Below, piece by piece: positions 10,106 through 19,800 of a stretch of DNA of 64,000 nucleotides; position 1 is the first letter of the stretch; every line of letters begins with the position of its first letter. A program made the translations under genes and the position numbers. The stretch lies in the NCBI GenBank assembly GCA_963695545.1, contig OY968796.1, forward strand, positions 2,080,001 to 2,144,000. Direction: 5' to 3'. The DNA comes from Terriglobia bacterium. Lineage in GTDB: Bacteria > Acidobacteriota > Terriglobia > Acidiferrales > UBA7541. Below the pieces are notes generated by a model, which saw nothing but the letters and a program-made list of their open reading frames with translations, made no database searches and was not told the origin of the DNA.

Positions 10106-10987
10106 CTACTTCGAGTCGCCGCCTCCCGCGCCCATCGCGCGCGACTCAAATTCGAGCGATGCCGGCAAATGTGCCGCGAAGTAATCCCAGTTATGCCCGC
10201 CCGGGTAGAGGTGGAATTCGTGCGGAATGTGCCGCGCCGTCAGCACGCGGTCGAGCGCGCGATTCCCGGCATCCAGGCCCAGATCGTCCTGCGCGCCGCA
10301 ATCGAAGTAAATCGCAAGACCAGAAAGGTTCGCCGTGCGCGCGATCGTGATCGGACTTTCCCGGTCCCAAAACGCGGGATCGGGCGGCGTACCGAATGGC
10401 CGCTCGAGAATCCGTCCGATTCCCGGATCGTCGCCCGTGTTGGCCGGCAATTTCTCGATCAACGCAGCGCTGTGCGACGCGACCGAACCGAAAAGTTCCG
10501 GATGCCGGAATGCCAGATGCAGCGCGCCATATCCGCCCATGGACACGCCGGAAATTCCCCGGCTCGCGCGGCCGGGCCGCACGCGGTAATGTTTTTCGAT
10601 GTACGGCAGAAATTCCCGCACCATGAAATCTTCGTAGCGCGTTCGGCCGTCGCGCGAATTGATATAGAAGCTTGAGCCCGCCGCCGGCGTCACGATCACG
10701 AATTCGCCGAGCTGCTTCGTCTCCCACAGTTGTTCGACCAGCGAAAGGCCGCCCGAGCTGATCAGGATCTGCTCGTTTTCGCCCAGGCCGTGCAGAAAAT
10801 AAAGCACCGGATAGCGGCGCGTGGTTTGAACGTCGTAACTCGGGGGCAGAATCGCGCAGTAGGCCACTTGCCGTCCCAGAATTTCGCTGCGCACCGAAAG
10901 GCATTCCGCTCTGCCCGTCGCGCGCGCGGGGCGCGCCACAGCGATGCAGCAAAGAAGAGCTAACGCCGCAATTCCGAGCCGATTCAT
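10106..10987 (-). CDS. Secreted esterase (alpha/beta hydrolase)
   Basis: Signal peptide, YPVLYFLHG, GVSMGG, DCGAQD, GGHNW. Confidence 0.9.
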   Translation of the reverse strand: MNRLGIAALALLCCIAVARPARATGRAECLSVRSEILGRQVAYCAILPPSYDVQTTRRYPVLYFLHGLGENEQILISSGGLSLVEQLWETKQLGEFVIVTPAAGSSFYINSRDGRTRYEDFMVREFLPYIEKHYRVRPGRASRGISGVSMGGYGALHLAFRHPELFGSVASHSAALIEKLPANTGDDPGIGRILERPFGTPPDPAFWDRESPITIARTANLSGLAIYFDCGAQDDLGLDAGNRALDRVLTARHIPHEFHLYPGGHNWDYFAAHLPASLEFESRAMGAGGGDSK

Positions 10988-11117
10988 TCCGTAGCCGTCA
11001 CCTTTCGCCGCGCCCACTTGCGCGCTCTCTTATTATGGACGATGCGCGACGCCGGCCGCCCGGGATTCGTGAGCCGCCGTGGGCCTGGCGTATACTCGCG
11101 CGACGCCCGGAGCGCGA

Positions 11118-12215
11118 TTGAAAATCCTCTACGTCGATCTCGAAACAGAATGGCGCGGCGGCCAAAGCCAGGCGCTCGAAGCACTCCGCGGACTCCTGCG
11201 CCGCGGCCACGAGGCACAGCTGCTCGCCGTTGCCGGCGGAGCGCTCGCCACGCGCGCTCGCGATGCCGGCGTGCGCGTGATCGAAATCGAATCGCGGCGC
11301 AAACGCTGGGGCGCAGCGGAAGCGCTCCGGCGTCTGTTGCGCGATGCGCCGCCCGACGTGGTCCACGCCAACGAATCCCATGCGCTCACGGCCGCGTGGC
11401 TCGCGCGCACGCATCGCCGCACCACACTGGTTGCAGCGCGGCGCCTCGCTTATCCCATTCAGCGGAATCCGATTTCGCGCGCGCGTTTCCGAGCCGCGCA
11501 TCGCATTTTCGCGATATCCGATTTCGTCGCGCGCAGCGTAATCGCCTCGGGCCTTCCCGCCGAGCGCGTCGTAATTGTGCGCGAAGGAATCGAGATTCCG
11601 CCGCCGCTCACCCCGGCGCAGCGCATCGCCGCGCGGCACATCTGGAATCTTGCGGACGACGAATTCGCGCTCGGCTGCGTGGGCTATCTCTTGCCGGAAA
11701 AGGGCCAGGAATTTCTGGTCTGCGCCTTGCCGGCAATTTGCGCCGCCGCGCCGCGAGTCCGCCTGATCCTCGCCGGCGACGGTCCGCTGCGCGATCATCT
11801 TCAAGAGCTGGCCACCAAATTGAACGTGCGCGACCGCATCGTGTTCGCAGGTTTCGTTGAGCGCATCGCTGACGTTTACGCAGCCCTCGATGCCTTCGTC
11901 TTTCCCTCGCTTGCCGAGCCATCCGGCACATCGCTGCTCGCCGCTATGGCATGGGGTTTGCCTGTCGCGGCGGTAGCACGCGGAGGCGTGCCCGAATACG
12001 TGGAGGACGACGTCAACGGCTTGCTGATTTCTCAGCCTGCGCCGCAAGCCATCGCCGCCGCCGTGAATCGCTTGCTCGCCGACGCAGAATTGCGTCAGCG
12101 CCTCGGCGCGCGCGCTCGCGCCGACATTTCCGAGCGCTACGCTACCGACGTCATGGTGGAACACCTGCTTCGTGCTTGCGCTGCAGCCGCGCAAGCGCGC
12201 GCAGCTCGCGGCTAG
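11118..12215 (+). CDS. Glycosyltransferase family 4
   Basis: WRGGQ N-terminal motif, EKGQ, VFPSLAEPSGTSLLAAMAWG; TTG start with GGAG RBS. Confidence 0.9.
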   Translation: MKILYVDLETEWRGGQSQALEALRGLLRRGHEAQLLAVAGGALATRARDAGVRVIEIESRRKRWGAAEALRRLLRDAPPDVVHANESHALTAAWLARTHRRTTLVAARRLAYPIQRNPISRARFRAAHRIFAISDFVARSVIASGLPAERVVIVREGIEIPPPLTPAQRIAARHIWNLADDEFALGCVGYLLPEKGQEFLVCALPAICAAAPRVRLILAGDGPLRDHLQELATKLNVRDRIVFAGFVERIADVYAALDAFVFPSLAEPSGTSLLAAMAWGLPVAAVARGGVPEYVEDDVNGLLISQPAPQAIAAAVNRLLADAELRQRLGARARADISERYATDVMVEHLLRACAAAAQARAARG

Positions 12216-12356
12216 ACATTTCGATATTTGAAAGACGCGAGGACAGGCGTGACCCACCCGCAATCGCGCCCATGATTTTGATAGAATTTATTTTGTCTGC
12301 GCGTCGAAATGACTCGCTGCGATTCGGAATCACGTGAGTATTGCCGAGGAGGCAAT

Positions 12357-12872
12357 TTGGCATCGGAGAGTTCGTTCCGCGCGGAGCGCGGTGCTTCACC
12401 GGAACGCGCGGAGCGCGGTGCTTCAAACGTCCGGTCGCCTGGGCGATCGCTGTTTTTGTGCGCACTTCTTCTGGCCGCAATTGCTTGCGCTGTGATGGCC
12501 GCACCCTCACGCGGTCTCGTCGCCCAGACTCATTCCCAATCGCATCATCCGCTCCCTCCTCCGCCTCCGCCGTACACACCGCCGCCGCCCGGCGCGAACC
12601 TCGATTCCATCGGCGCGAAAAAATTGCCCGACGGCCCAGGCAAACAAATTGTTGAGGCCTCCTGCAAGGATTGCCATAGTTTCGACCGCATCACCATGGC
12701 CCATCACTCGCTCGCTCGCTGGCGTGCCGTCGTGCGCCTGATGCAGCAGCGCGGCGCCGACGTCGAACCCGGCGATCTGGACCCTTTGGTGCACTATCTG
12801 GCACAAAATTTCGGGTTGCGGCACACCGTCGCAAAGCCGTCGAGTCCCGCGCCGCCTCCGCCGGCGCAATAG
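12357..12872 (+). CDS. Monoheme c-type cytochrome
   Basis: Hydrophobic signal, Pro-rich linker, LPDGPGKQIVEASCKDCH, W...V..M..RGA, YLAQNFG; TTG start after GAGGAGG. Confidence 0.85.
   Translation: MASESSFRAERGASPERAERGASNVRSPGRSLFLCALLLAAIACAVMAAPSRGLVAQTHSQSHHPLPPPPPPYTPPPPGANLDSIGAKKLPDGPGKQIVEASCKDCHSFDRITMAHHSLARWRAVVRLMQQRGADVEPGDLDPLVHYLAQNFGLRHTVAKPSSPAPPPPAQ
12378..12425 (+). repeat. 21-bp direct repeat, two copies, period 27
   Basis: CGCGCGGAGCGCGGTGCTTCA at 12378 and 12405, encoding RAERGAS twice. Confidence 0.85.
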
Positions 12873-12892
12873 TCAAGTAAGGAGTCGCATCG

Positions 12893-13384
12893 ATGAACCG
12901 CACGCGGCGCGCGCTGTTTGCTTCGGCCGGATTGGTGCTCATCGCGTCCCTCGGTTGCTGGGCCGCGCAAAGCTCCGGTCCGCTCACCTACCGCTTGGTT
13001 GTGAAGCCGGGAGACCTCACGCTGGCCGCCAAGGCCGCCGCCGGAAATCCCGCCCCGCCGCACGAAGAATCGATCGCATTCACCGTGATCAATTCCACCG
13101 ACACTGATTACGAAGGCATCGCGCAGTCGTGCCAAATCTTCGACGTCGAAATTTTCCTGCTCGGCCCCAGCGGCGAAAAATCCGTTTGGAGATGGTCGCA
13201 CGGACAAATGTTCTGCCAGCACGTCACCACCGTCGTCATTCCCGCCGGCCTCACCTGGGAGCAGACCGTGAAGTGGGATTTCATCCCCGCCAATGTCCAG
13301 GACGGCAAATACCGAGTCGACGCGACGTTCATTCCCTCGAACGCCGTGGCCTCCGCCGATTTTGAGATTCACTCTCCCCACTAA
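12893..13384 (+). CDS. Secreted BsuPI-like (proteinase inhibitor) domain protein
   Basis: Signal peptide; Q.FD.EI...VWRWSHGQMFCQ...IPAG...W...G.Y.V.A pattern. Confidence 0.7.
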   Translation: MNRTRRALFASAGLVLIASLGCWAAQSSGPLTYRLVVKPGDLTLAAKAAAGNPAPPHEESIAFTVINSTDTDYEGIAQSCQIFDVEIFLLGPSGEKSVWRWSHGQMFCQHVTTVVIPAGLTWEQTVKWDFIPANVQDGKYRVDATFIPSNAVASADFEIHSPH

Positions 13385-13465
13385 TGTCCCTGCTATCTGC
13401 CATGCGCGTCGGAGTCGCCCGCGCCCGTTGACAACCCCGTCCCCGCGCGCACATTCTATTCCGCC

Positions 13466-15451
13466 ATGACCACGCCGACGCCGCCCGACGAGAAGCCCTC
13501 CGGCAACACGCTCGACGCGCTCCTGCACGAAAAGCGTCTCTTCCCGCCCCCCGAAGATTTCGCGCTGCGCGCCAACGCCTCCGACCCCGCCATCTACGAT
13601 CGCGCCGCGAAAGATTTCGAATCGTTCTGGGCCACCGAATCGAAGCGCCTCAGTTGGTCCGAGCCATGGCAGACTGTTCTCGAGTGGAAGGCCCCGTGGG
13701 CCAAATGGTTTCTCGGCGGCCGCCTCAACGTCGCGCACAATTGCGTCGATCGCCACGCGCAATCGGCGCGCCGCAACAAAGTCGCAATCTTCTGGGAAGG
13801 CGAGCCCGGCGACGCGCGCGCCCTCACCTTCGGCATGCTCGAGCGCGAAGTCAATCGTTTCGCGAACGTTCTACGCAGCCTCGGCGTGGAAAAGGGCGAC
13901 CGCGTCGCCGTTTACATGGGCATGGTGCCCGAGCTCGCGATTGCGCTGCTCGCCTGCGCGAAAATCGGCGCGCCGCATTCCGTCGTCTTCGGCGGCTTCT
14001 CGAAAGAAGCTCTCCGCGAGCGCATCAACGACGCGCAAGCCAAAATCCTGATCACCGCCGACGGCGCTCGGCGCCGCGGCGCCGTCGTGCCACTGAAATC
14101 CGCCGCCGATGAAGCCCTGAAAGCCACGCCCAGCATTCAGCATGTCGTCGTCGTCGAACGCGTGGGCCGCGCCGCTGCCGGCGCCGCCATGCAGCCCGGC
14201 CGCGACGTCTGGTGGCACGAAATCATCAAGGACGCCCCCGATCGCGCCTGGGGCGAAATGATGGACGCCGAGGATATGCTCTTCATCCTCTATACCAGCG
14301 GCACCACCGGCAAACCCAAGGGCGTCGTGCACACCACGGCCGGCTATCTCGTCGGAGTCTCCACCACGCATCGATTAATTTTTGACGTCAAGGAAGACGA
14401 CGTCTATTGGTGCACGGCCGATCTCGGCTGGGTCACCGGCCACTCCTATGTGATCTACGGCCCGCTCGCCAATGGCTGCACCACCGTGATGTACGAAGGC
14501 GCGCCCGATTTTCCCGATCGCGGCCGCTTCTGGCAGCTCATCGATAAATACGGCGTCAATATTCTTTACACCGCGCCCACCGCCATCCGCACCTTCATGC
14601 GCTGGGGAGCCGAGTGGCCCGCGCAATCTTCGCTCGAGTCGCTGCGCCTGCTCGGCACCGTCGGCGAGCCCATCAATCCCGAAGCCTGGATGTGGTATCA
14701 AGAACATATTGGCCACGGCCGCTGCCCCATCGTCGACACTTGGTGGCAAACCGAAACCGGTATGATCCTCATCTCGCCGCTCCCCGGCCTCACGCCCACC
14801 AAACCCGGCTCCGCCACGCGCGCCTTCCCCGGCATCGCTGCCGAAGTTGTCGACGCCAAAGGCGACGCGGTCGGCCCCGGCGCCGGCGGATATCTCGTGC
14901 TCTCGCGCCCCTGGCCCGCGATGATGCGCACGATTTACGGCGATCCGCAGCGTTACGTCGATAATTATTGGTCGCGCTATCCCGGCCGCTATTTCACCGG
15001 CGATGGCTGCAAGATTGACGACGACGGATATTTCTGGCTGCTCGGCCGCGTTGACGACGTGATGAACGTCGCCGGCCACCGCATCTCCACCTACGAAGTC
15101 GAAAGCGCTCTCGTCGACCATACCGCCGTCGCCGAAGCCGCCGTCATCGGCAAAACGCACGAGATCAAAGGCCAGGGCATCTCCGCCTTCGTCACGCTCA
15201 AAGAAGGCGTCCCCGCGAACGATGCGCTCAAAGACGAACTCAAGCGCCACGTCGCCGAAAAAATCGGACCCATCGCCCGACCCGACGATATTTTCTTCGC
15301 CGCCGAACTCCCCAAAACCCGCAGCGCCAAAATCATGCGCCGCCTCCTCCGCGATATCGCCGAAGGCCGCGTCCTCGGCGACACCACCACACTCGCCGAC
15401 CCCGCCATCGTCGCCAAACTAAAATCCCAATACGAAAGCGAAGAGTCTTAG
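13466..15451 (+). CDS. acs: Acetyl-CoA synthetase
   Basis: [50 protein letters not shown]. Confidence 0.97.
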   Translation: MTTPTPPDEKPSGNTLDALLHEKRLFPPPEDFALRANASDPAIYDRAAKDFESFWATESKRLSWSEPWQTVLEWKAPWAKWFLGGRLNVAHNCVDRHAQSARRNKVAIFWEGEPGDARALTFGMLEREVNRFANVLRSLGVEKGDRVAVYMGMVPELAIALLACAKIGAPHSVVFGGFSKEALRERINDAQAKILITADGARRRGAVVPLKSAADEALKATPSIQHVVVVERVGRAAAGAAMQPGRDVWWHEIIKDAPDRAWGEMMDAEDMLFILYTSGTTGKPKGVVHTTAGYLVGVSTTHRLIFDVKEDDVYWCTADLGWVTGHSYVIYGPLANGCTTVMYEGAPDFPDRGRFWQLIDKYGVNILYTAPTAIRTFMRWGAEWPAQSSLESLRLLGTVGEPINPEAWMWYQEHIGHGRCPIVDTWWQTETGMILISPLPGLTPTKPGSATRAFPGIAAEVVDAKGDAVGPGAGGYLVLSRPWPAMMRTIYGDPQRYVDNYWSRYPGRYFTGDGCKIDDDGYFWLLGRVDDVMNVAGHRISTYEVESALVDHTAVAEAAVIGKTHEIKGQGISAFVTLKEGVPANDALKDELKRHVAEKIGPIARPDDIFFAAELPKTRSAKIMRRLLRDIAEGRVLGDTTTLADPAIVAKLKSQYESEES

Positions 15452-15497
15452 TACGCGAAATATTGTCGATGCGCGGGACGACGTTCTTTTTCGGCGT

Positions 15498-16835
15498 GTG
15501 CCCCACACGTCGGATTTACGTGTGGGGATTTTGGTCGTTCTCTCGCTGCTCACGCTCGCCGCCAGCGCTCAAACCGCCCCGTCCGTTCCCGCACCGCCGC
15601 CAGCGACAATTCCGCTAACGCCCCCCATCGACACCACCGACGGCGCCGGCGCCTTCGCCACCCATCGCTACCGCAATCTCTTCGCCGAATCCGGCCACTC
15701 GAAAAAGGAAATCTCCCAAAAAATCAGCGCCGCCTACAAACAACTCTTCTACGGCGATCCCCAAACCCAATCCGTCTTCTTCTACACCGGCAAAAATTCC
15801 AACGGCCCGCTCGCCTATCTCACCGATTGGAACAATCACGACGTGCGCACCGAAGGCATGTCCTACGGCATGATGATTTCCGTCCAGCTCAACAAGAAAA
15901 AAGAATTCAACGCTCTCTGGAACTGGGCCAAGACCTACATGTACATCTCCGATCCCAAGCATCCTTCCTACGGCTATTTCTCCTGGTCCTGCAAAACCGA
16001 TGGCACGCCCAACGAAGAAACCGCCGCTCCCGATGGCGAAGAATATTTCGTGATGTCTCTCTATTTCGCCGCCGCAAGATGGGGAAATGGCGCGGGAATC
16101 TACGATTACAAATCCGAAGCCGACGCCCTGCTAACCACTATGCGCCATCGCGCCGAAATCGCTGGGCCGACAAAATTCGGCCCGCGCACCGTAGCCAGCG
16201 AAGTCGATGAACAATACAAAATGATCCGCTTCGTCCCGGTCGTCGCGCGCGGCGATTTCACCGATCCTTCCTATCATCTCCCGGCGTTCTACGAACTCTG
16301 GTCCCGCTGGGGCCCCGAGCCCGACCGCGAATTCTGGGCCGAAGCCGCCGCAGCCAGCCGCGCGTTCTTCGTAGCCACCACGAATCCGGCAACCGGCCTC
16401 GCCCCCGACTACGCCAATTTCGATGGCACCCCGCACCTCACGCGCTTCCCCCAATCCGGCATCTTCGGCTACGACGCCTGGCGCACCGCCAGCAATTGGT
16501 CCGTAGATTGGTCCTGGTGGCAAAAATCTCCGCCAGAGCAGCAGCTAAGCGACCGCATCCAATCTTTCTTCTCGTCTCAAGGCTTGTCGACTTATGGCGA
16601 CGTCTTCACTCTCGATGGCAAACCACTCGACGCAAATCACTCCACAGGTTTAATCTCCACAAACGCCGTAGCCAGCCTCGCCGCCACCAATCCCGCCTCC
16701 AAAGATTTCGTAGCCGCCCTCTGGAACGCCCCCATCCCGTCCGGCCAAAAGCGCTACTATGACGGCATGCTCTATCTCCTAAGCCTCCTCCACTGCAGCG
16801 GCAGATTCCGCATCTACATCCCGCACGGACTATAA
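15498..16835 (+). CDS. Glycoside hydrolase family 8, Rex/xylanase-like, secreted
   Basis: DVRTEGMSYGMM, AAPDGEEYF, FTDPSYHLPAFY, YDAWR, RYYDGMLY. Confidence 0.9.
   Translation: MPHTSDLRVGILVVLSLLTLAASAQTAPSVPAPPPATIPLTPPIDTTDGAGAFATHRYRNLFAESGHSKKEISQKISAAYKQLFYGDPQTQSVFFYTGKNSNGPLAYLTDWNNHDVRTEGMSYGMMISVQLNKKKEFNALWNWAKTYMYISDPKHPSYGYFSWSCKTDGTPNEETAAPDGEEYFVMSLYFAAARWGNGAGIYDYKSEADALLTTMRHRAEIAGPTKFGPRTVASEVDEQYKMIRFVPVVARGDFTDPSYHLPAFYELWSRWGPEPDREFWAEAAAASRAFFVATTNPATGLAPDYANFDGTPHLTRFPQSGIFGYDAWRTASNWSVDWSWWQKSPPEQQLSDRIQSFFSSQGLSTYGDVFTLDGKPLDANHSTGLISTNAVASLAATNPASKDFVAALWNAPIPSGQKRYYDGMLYLLSLLHCSGRFRIYIPHGL
16715..16815 (+). repeat. 101-bp imperfect direct repeat, copy 1 (GH8 3' end)
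   Basis: Aligns without gaps to 17800-17900. Confidence 0.95.
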
Positions 16836-16900
16836 GAATTCGCGTCAAACAAACCTCTGTGAAATGACCCAACTTGGATGTAGCATTTATATGTGACGTC

Positions 16901-17200
16901 ATGGCAGTGAAACTAAATTCTCGATTCGCCACCGCACAGGACACCGCTCATGTCCTCGGCGTACCGCCCCGCAGGGTCAAAGAATTAATGAAACTCGTTT
17001 ATTCCACGAAGGTTCGGGCTGCCGACGGCCGCCATTGGACGGTGTCCGCTGCAAGATTGAAGTCTATGTTCGCAGGAAAAACCTCTAAGGCGTTCGCAAA
17101 AAAGTCGTCGTCCGTTTCTTTAGGGACGAAATCCACCCGGAAACCTAGATCTCCTCGAAGGACCCAACCGCGTGGCAAAAAGTCGAAAAGCGCTCACTAA
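16901..17200 (+). CDS. Small basic protein with putative N-terminal HTH
   Basis: ATAQDTAHVLGVPPRRVKEL followed by a K/R/S-rich tail; overlaps the next gene. Confidence 0.6.
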   Translation: MAVKLNSRFATAQDTAHVLGVPPRRVKELMKLVYSTKVRAADGRHWTVSAARLKSMFAGKTSKAFAKKSSSVSLGTKSTRKPRSPRRTQPRGKKSKSAH

Positions 17201-17795
17201 GGTCTTCTTAAATATCCCCTACGACAAGAAATTCGAAAATCTGTTCCTCGCTTATATTGCGGGTATCAGCGCCTTCGGGCTCGTGCCGCGAGCGACGCTG
17301 GAGATATCCAGCAGCTCGCGTCGTCTTGAAAAAATACTTGGACTGATAGGCGCATGTCGTTATTCGATTCATGATCTATCCAGAGTCGAACTCGATTCGA
17401 ATGCACCGAGAACCCCTCGATTCAATATGCCATTCGAACTCGGCCTATCGGTCGCGTACCACAGGAACTTGAGGACCAAAAAGCACAAGTGGTTCGTCTG
17501 CGAGTCACGTGATCGCAGGCTATTGAAGTCATTGAGCGACCTGAACGGCACCGACGCCCACATTCACAACGGCAGGATCGTGGGAGTTTTCCGGGAACTG
17601 TGCAATATCTTTCTGCCATCTGATAGGAAGCCTACCGCGCAGCAGATGGGGAAAGTCTATCTGAGGATGCGGCGCAGTCTCCCGGAAATTCTTCACAAGT
17701 CGGGCGCCAATTCCGTGTATACGGCGAGGGTGTTTAAGGAATTGAGCGTCTTGGCAATCGCTTACGCCGATGAATTCGTACCTGTCAAGACGTGA
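17172..17795 (+). CDS. TIR-/nucleoside 2-deoxyribosyltransferase-like hypothetical protein
   Basis: VFLNIPYD...RLEKI..LI..CRYSIHDLS...PRFNMPFELG; lower GC than the flanks. Confidence 0.7.
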   Translation: MAKSRKALTKVFLNIPYDKKFENLFLAYIAGISAFGLVPRATLEISSSSRRLEKILGLIGACRYSIHDLSRVELDSNAPRTPRFNMPFELGLSVAYHRNLRTKKHKWFVCESRDRRLLKSLSDLNGTDAHIHNGRIVGVFRELCNIFLPSDRKPTAQQMGKVYLRMRRSLPEILHKSGANSVYTARVFKELSVLAIAYADEFVPVKT

Positions 17796-17799
17796 TCGG

Positions 17800-17917
17800 C
17801 GCCCTCTGGAACGCCCCCATCCCCAGCGGCCAAAAGCGCTACTATGACGGCATGCTCTATCTCCTGAGGCTCCTCCACTGCGGCGGACGATTCCGCATCT
17901 GGATACCAAGATCGTAG
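17800..17917 (+). pseudogene. Orphan GH8 C-terminal fragment (repeat copy 2)
   Basis: Encodes ALWNAPIPSGQKRYYDGMLYLLRLLHCGGRFRIWIPRS-stop, with no start codon. Confidence 0.85.
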
Positions 17918-17936
17918 GTCAAGGGGAAATCCGGCC

Positions 17937-19271
17937 ATGAAAATCCACGCCAGTGATTCGCACAAAACAAAATCGCTCTTCGCCGCGGGCGTCCTGGCGA
18001 TTTTCCTGTCTGCACTCCTACTTTGTGCTTCCACGCCTCTCCGCCCCCAAGCCCCCACCCCGCCGCCCGATCCGGTCATCACCGTTGACAATCCCCCAAA
18101 CACCCCCGCCCAGCAATCGAAGCACTACGTCATCCTCGTCTCGCTCGACGGCTTCCGCTACGACTACGCACAAAAAGACGGCACGAAAAATATTCTGGAT
18201 ATCGCCGCGCATGGAGCTACCGCGCCCGACGGCATGATCCCCGCCTACCCGTCGATCACTTTTCCCAATCACTACACCATCGTCACCGGCCTCTATCCCG
18301 AGCATCACGGCATCGTTGCCAATAGATTTTACGATCCCGCGCGCCAGGCCACCTATTCCATGAGTGATCAGAATGCGGTCGCCGACGGCTCCTGGTACGG
18401 CGGCGACCCGCTCTGGTCGCTCGCCGAGCAGCAGGGCATGCGCAGTGCGTGCTTTTTCTGGCCCGCTTCGGAAGCCGAAATCGGGGGTAAGCGTCCCTCC
18501 TACTATCTTCACTACCAGGATGCGTACCCCGATCCGCAGCGCGTCGATCAGGTAATCGCCTGGCTCAAGCTCCCGCCCGACCAGCGTCCCCACTTCATCA
18601 CTCTCTACTACCCCAACGTCGATCACAACGGCCACGAATTCGGCCCTGATTCGCCGCAGACCGCCGACGCCGTCCGTCACGTCGACGACATGATCGGCCT
18701 CCTCGTAAGCGATCTGAAAACGCTCAATCTCCCCGTCGATCTAATCGTCGTCGCCGACCACGGCATGATCGCCGCGCAAGGCGACTGGATCAATCTCAGC
18801 GCCTATGCCGACCTCTCCAATTTCGTCACTGACGGCCCGCTGCTCTACGCGAAAACCGATGCCGACGCCGAGCGCGCCTTCATGCAGCTCCAAGGCAAAA
18901 GCGACAAGTTTCAGGTCTACCGCCGCAAAGATGTCCCGCCGCAACTTCACTTCAACAACAATCCCCGCATCGGCGACCCAGTCATCATCCCCACCGGCCC
19001 CTACTACATCCGTGCCGTCGTGCCCACCACCGGCAATCCCGCCCACAAAGAAATCGGCGAACATGGATACGATCCCTACACCATGAAAGAGATGCACGCC
19101 CTCTTCGTCGCCGAAGGCCCAGACATTCGCCCCGGCGTCACCGTGCCGCCATTCGATAACGTGAATCTCTACCCTCTCATCGCCAAGATCCTGGGATTGC
19201 ACATCCGCCGGGTTGACGGCCGCTTGTCCGTCCTCAAGGGAATCCTGCGGAAACCGCCGCCCGCCCGCTAG
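17937..19271 (+). CDS. Nucleotide pyrophosphatase/phosphodiesterase (alkaline phosphatase superfamily)
   Basis: VSLDGFRYDY, PSITFPNHYTIVTGLYPEHHGI, DHNGH, ADHGM, GEHGY. Confidence 0.93.
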   Translation: MKIHASDSHKTKSLFAAGVLAIFLSALLLCASTPLRPQAPTPPPDPVITVDNPPNTPAQQSKHYVILVSLDGFRYDYAQKDGTKNILDIAAHGATAPDGMIPAYPSITFPNHYTIVTGLYPEHHGIVANRFYDPARQATYSMSDQNAVADGSWYGGDPLWSLAEQQGMRSACFFWPASEAEIGGKRPSYYLHYQDAYPDPQRVDQVIAWLKLPPDQRPHFITLYYPNVDHNGHEFGPDSPQTADAVRHVDDMIGLLVSDLKTLNLPVDLIVVADHGMIAAQGDWINLSAYADLSNFVTDGPLLYAKTDADAERAFMQLQGKSDKFQVYRRKDVPPQLHFNNNPRIGDPVIIPTGPYYIRAVVPTTGNPAHKEIGEHGYDPYTMKEMHALFVAEGPDIRPGVTVPPFDNVNLYPLIAKILGLHIRRVDGRLSVLKGILRKPPPAR

Positions 19272-19310
19272 CTCGACGCGAAACCCACATCGCGATTCCG
19301 GCCTCCCTCA

Positions 19311-19354
19311 CTGGTCATCCCGAGGAGTCCTCGACGAGGGATCTCTCTGTCGCT
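19311..19354 (+). repeat. REP-like palindromic repeat, left of GIY-YIG gene
   Basis: CTGGTCATCCCGAG-gagtcct-CGACGAGGGATCTCTCTGTCGC. Confidence 0.8.
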
Positions 19355-19387
19355 TTTTCCCCGTCTCATGCGCAGTACAATCTCCGC

Positions 19388-19681
19388 GTGTCCTCGGATC
19401 ACACCTTCTACGTCTACATCCTCGCCAGCAAATCCGGAGTCCTCTATACCGGCATGACGAACGACCTGGCCCGCCGCATCTCTCAACATGAGGCCGGCGA
19501 AGTTCTTGGCTTCACTCAGCGATACCATGTAAACAAACTCGTCTGGTTCGAGGTGCACGGCCATCCCGCATCCGCAATCGCGCGCGAAAAAGAAATCAAA
19601 GCTTGGCGCCGGGCCAGGCGAGTCGCTCTGATCGAAGCCAAGAACCCGCAATGGCAAGACCTGACCGCGACACTTACGTGA
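19388..19681 (+). CDS. Stand-alone GIY-YIG nuclease (UPF0213-like)
   Basis: FYVYILAS..LYTGMTNDLARR..H..GFT.RY...LVWFE...AIAREKEIK.W.R..LIE..NP.W.DL. Confidence 0.93.
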   Translation: MSSDHTFYVYILASKSGVLYTGMTNDLARRISQHEAGEVLGFTQRYHVNKLVWFEVHGHPASAIAREKEIKAWRRARRVALIEAKNPQWQDLTATLT

Positions 19682-19707
19682 GCTGTCGCCTGGCTTGCTT
19701 CGTTCAG

Positions 19708-19752
19708 CTGGCCATCCCGAGCGAGCGCAGCGACGAGGGACCTCTCCGTCGC
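19708..19752 (+). repeat. REP-like palindromic repeat, right of GIY-YIG gene
   Basis: CTGGCCATCCCGAG-cgagcgcag-CGACGAGGGACCTCTCCGTCGC. Confidence 0.8.
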
Positions 19753-19800
19753 CTTGCCCAACGCCCCATTCCGCCAAAACCCTGGCACCTTTTTACCCAC

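Noticed and set aside
12378..12425. 21-bp tandem repeat as a regulatory array
   Set aside because: It is an in-frame duplication in the N-terminal region of the cytochrome gene, most simply explained by slippage.
16715..17900. GH8 repeat pair as a DGR template/variable repeat
   Set aside because: Mismatches are not confined to adenines of one copy, and no reverse transcriptase is in the window.
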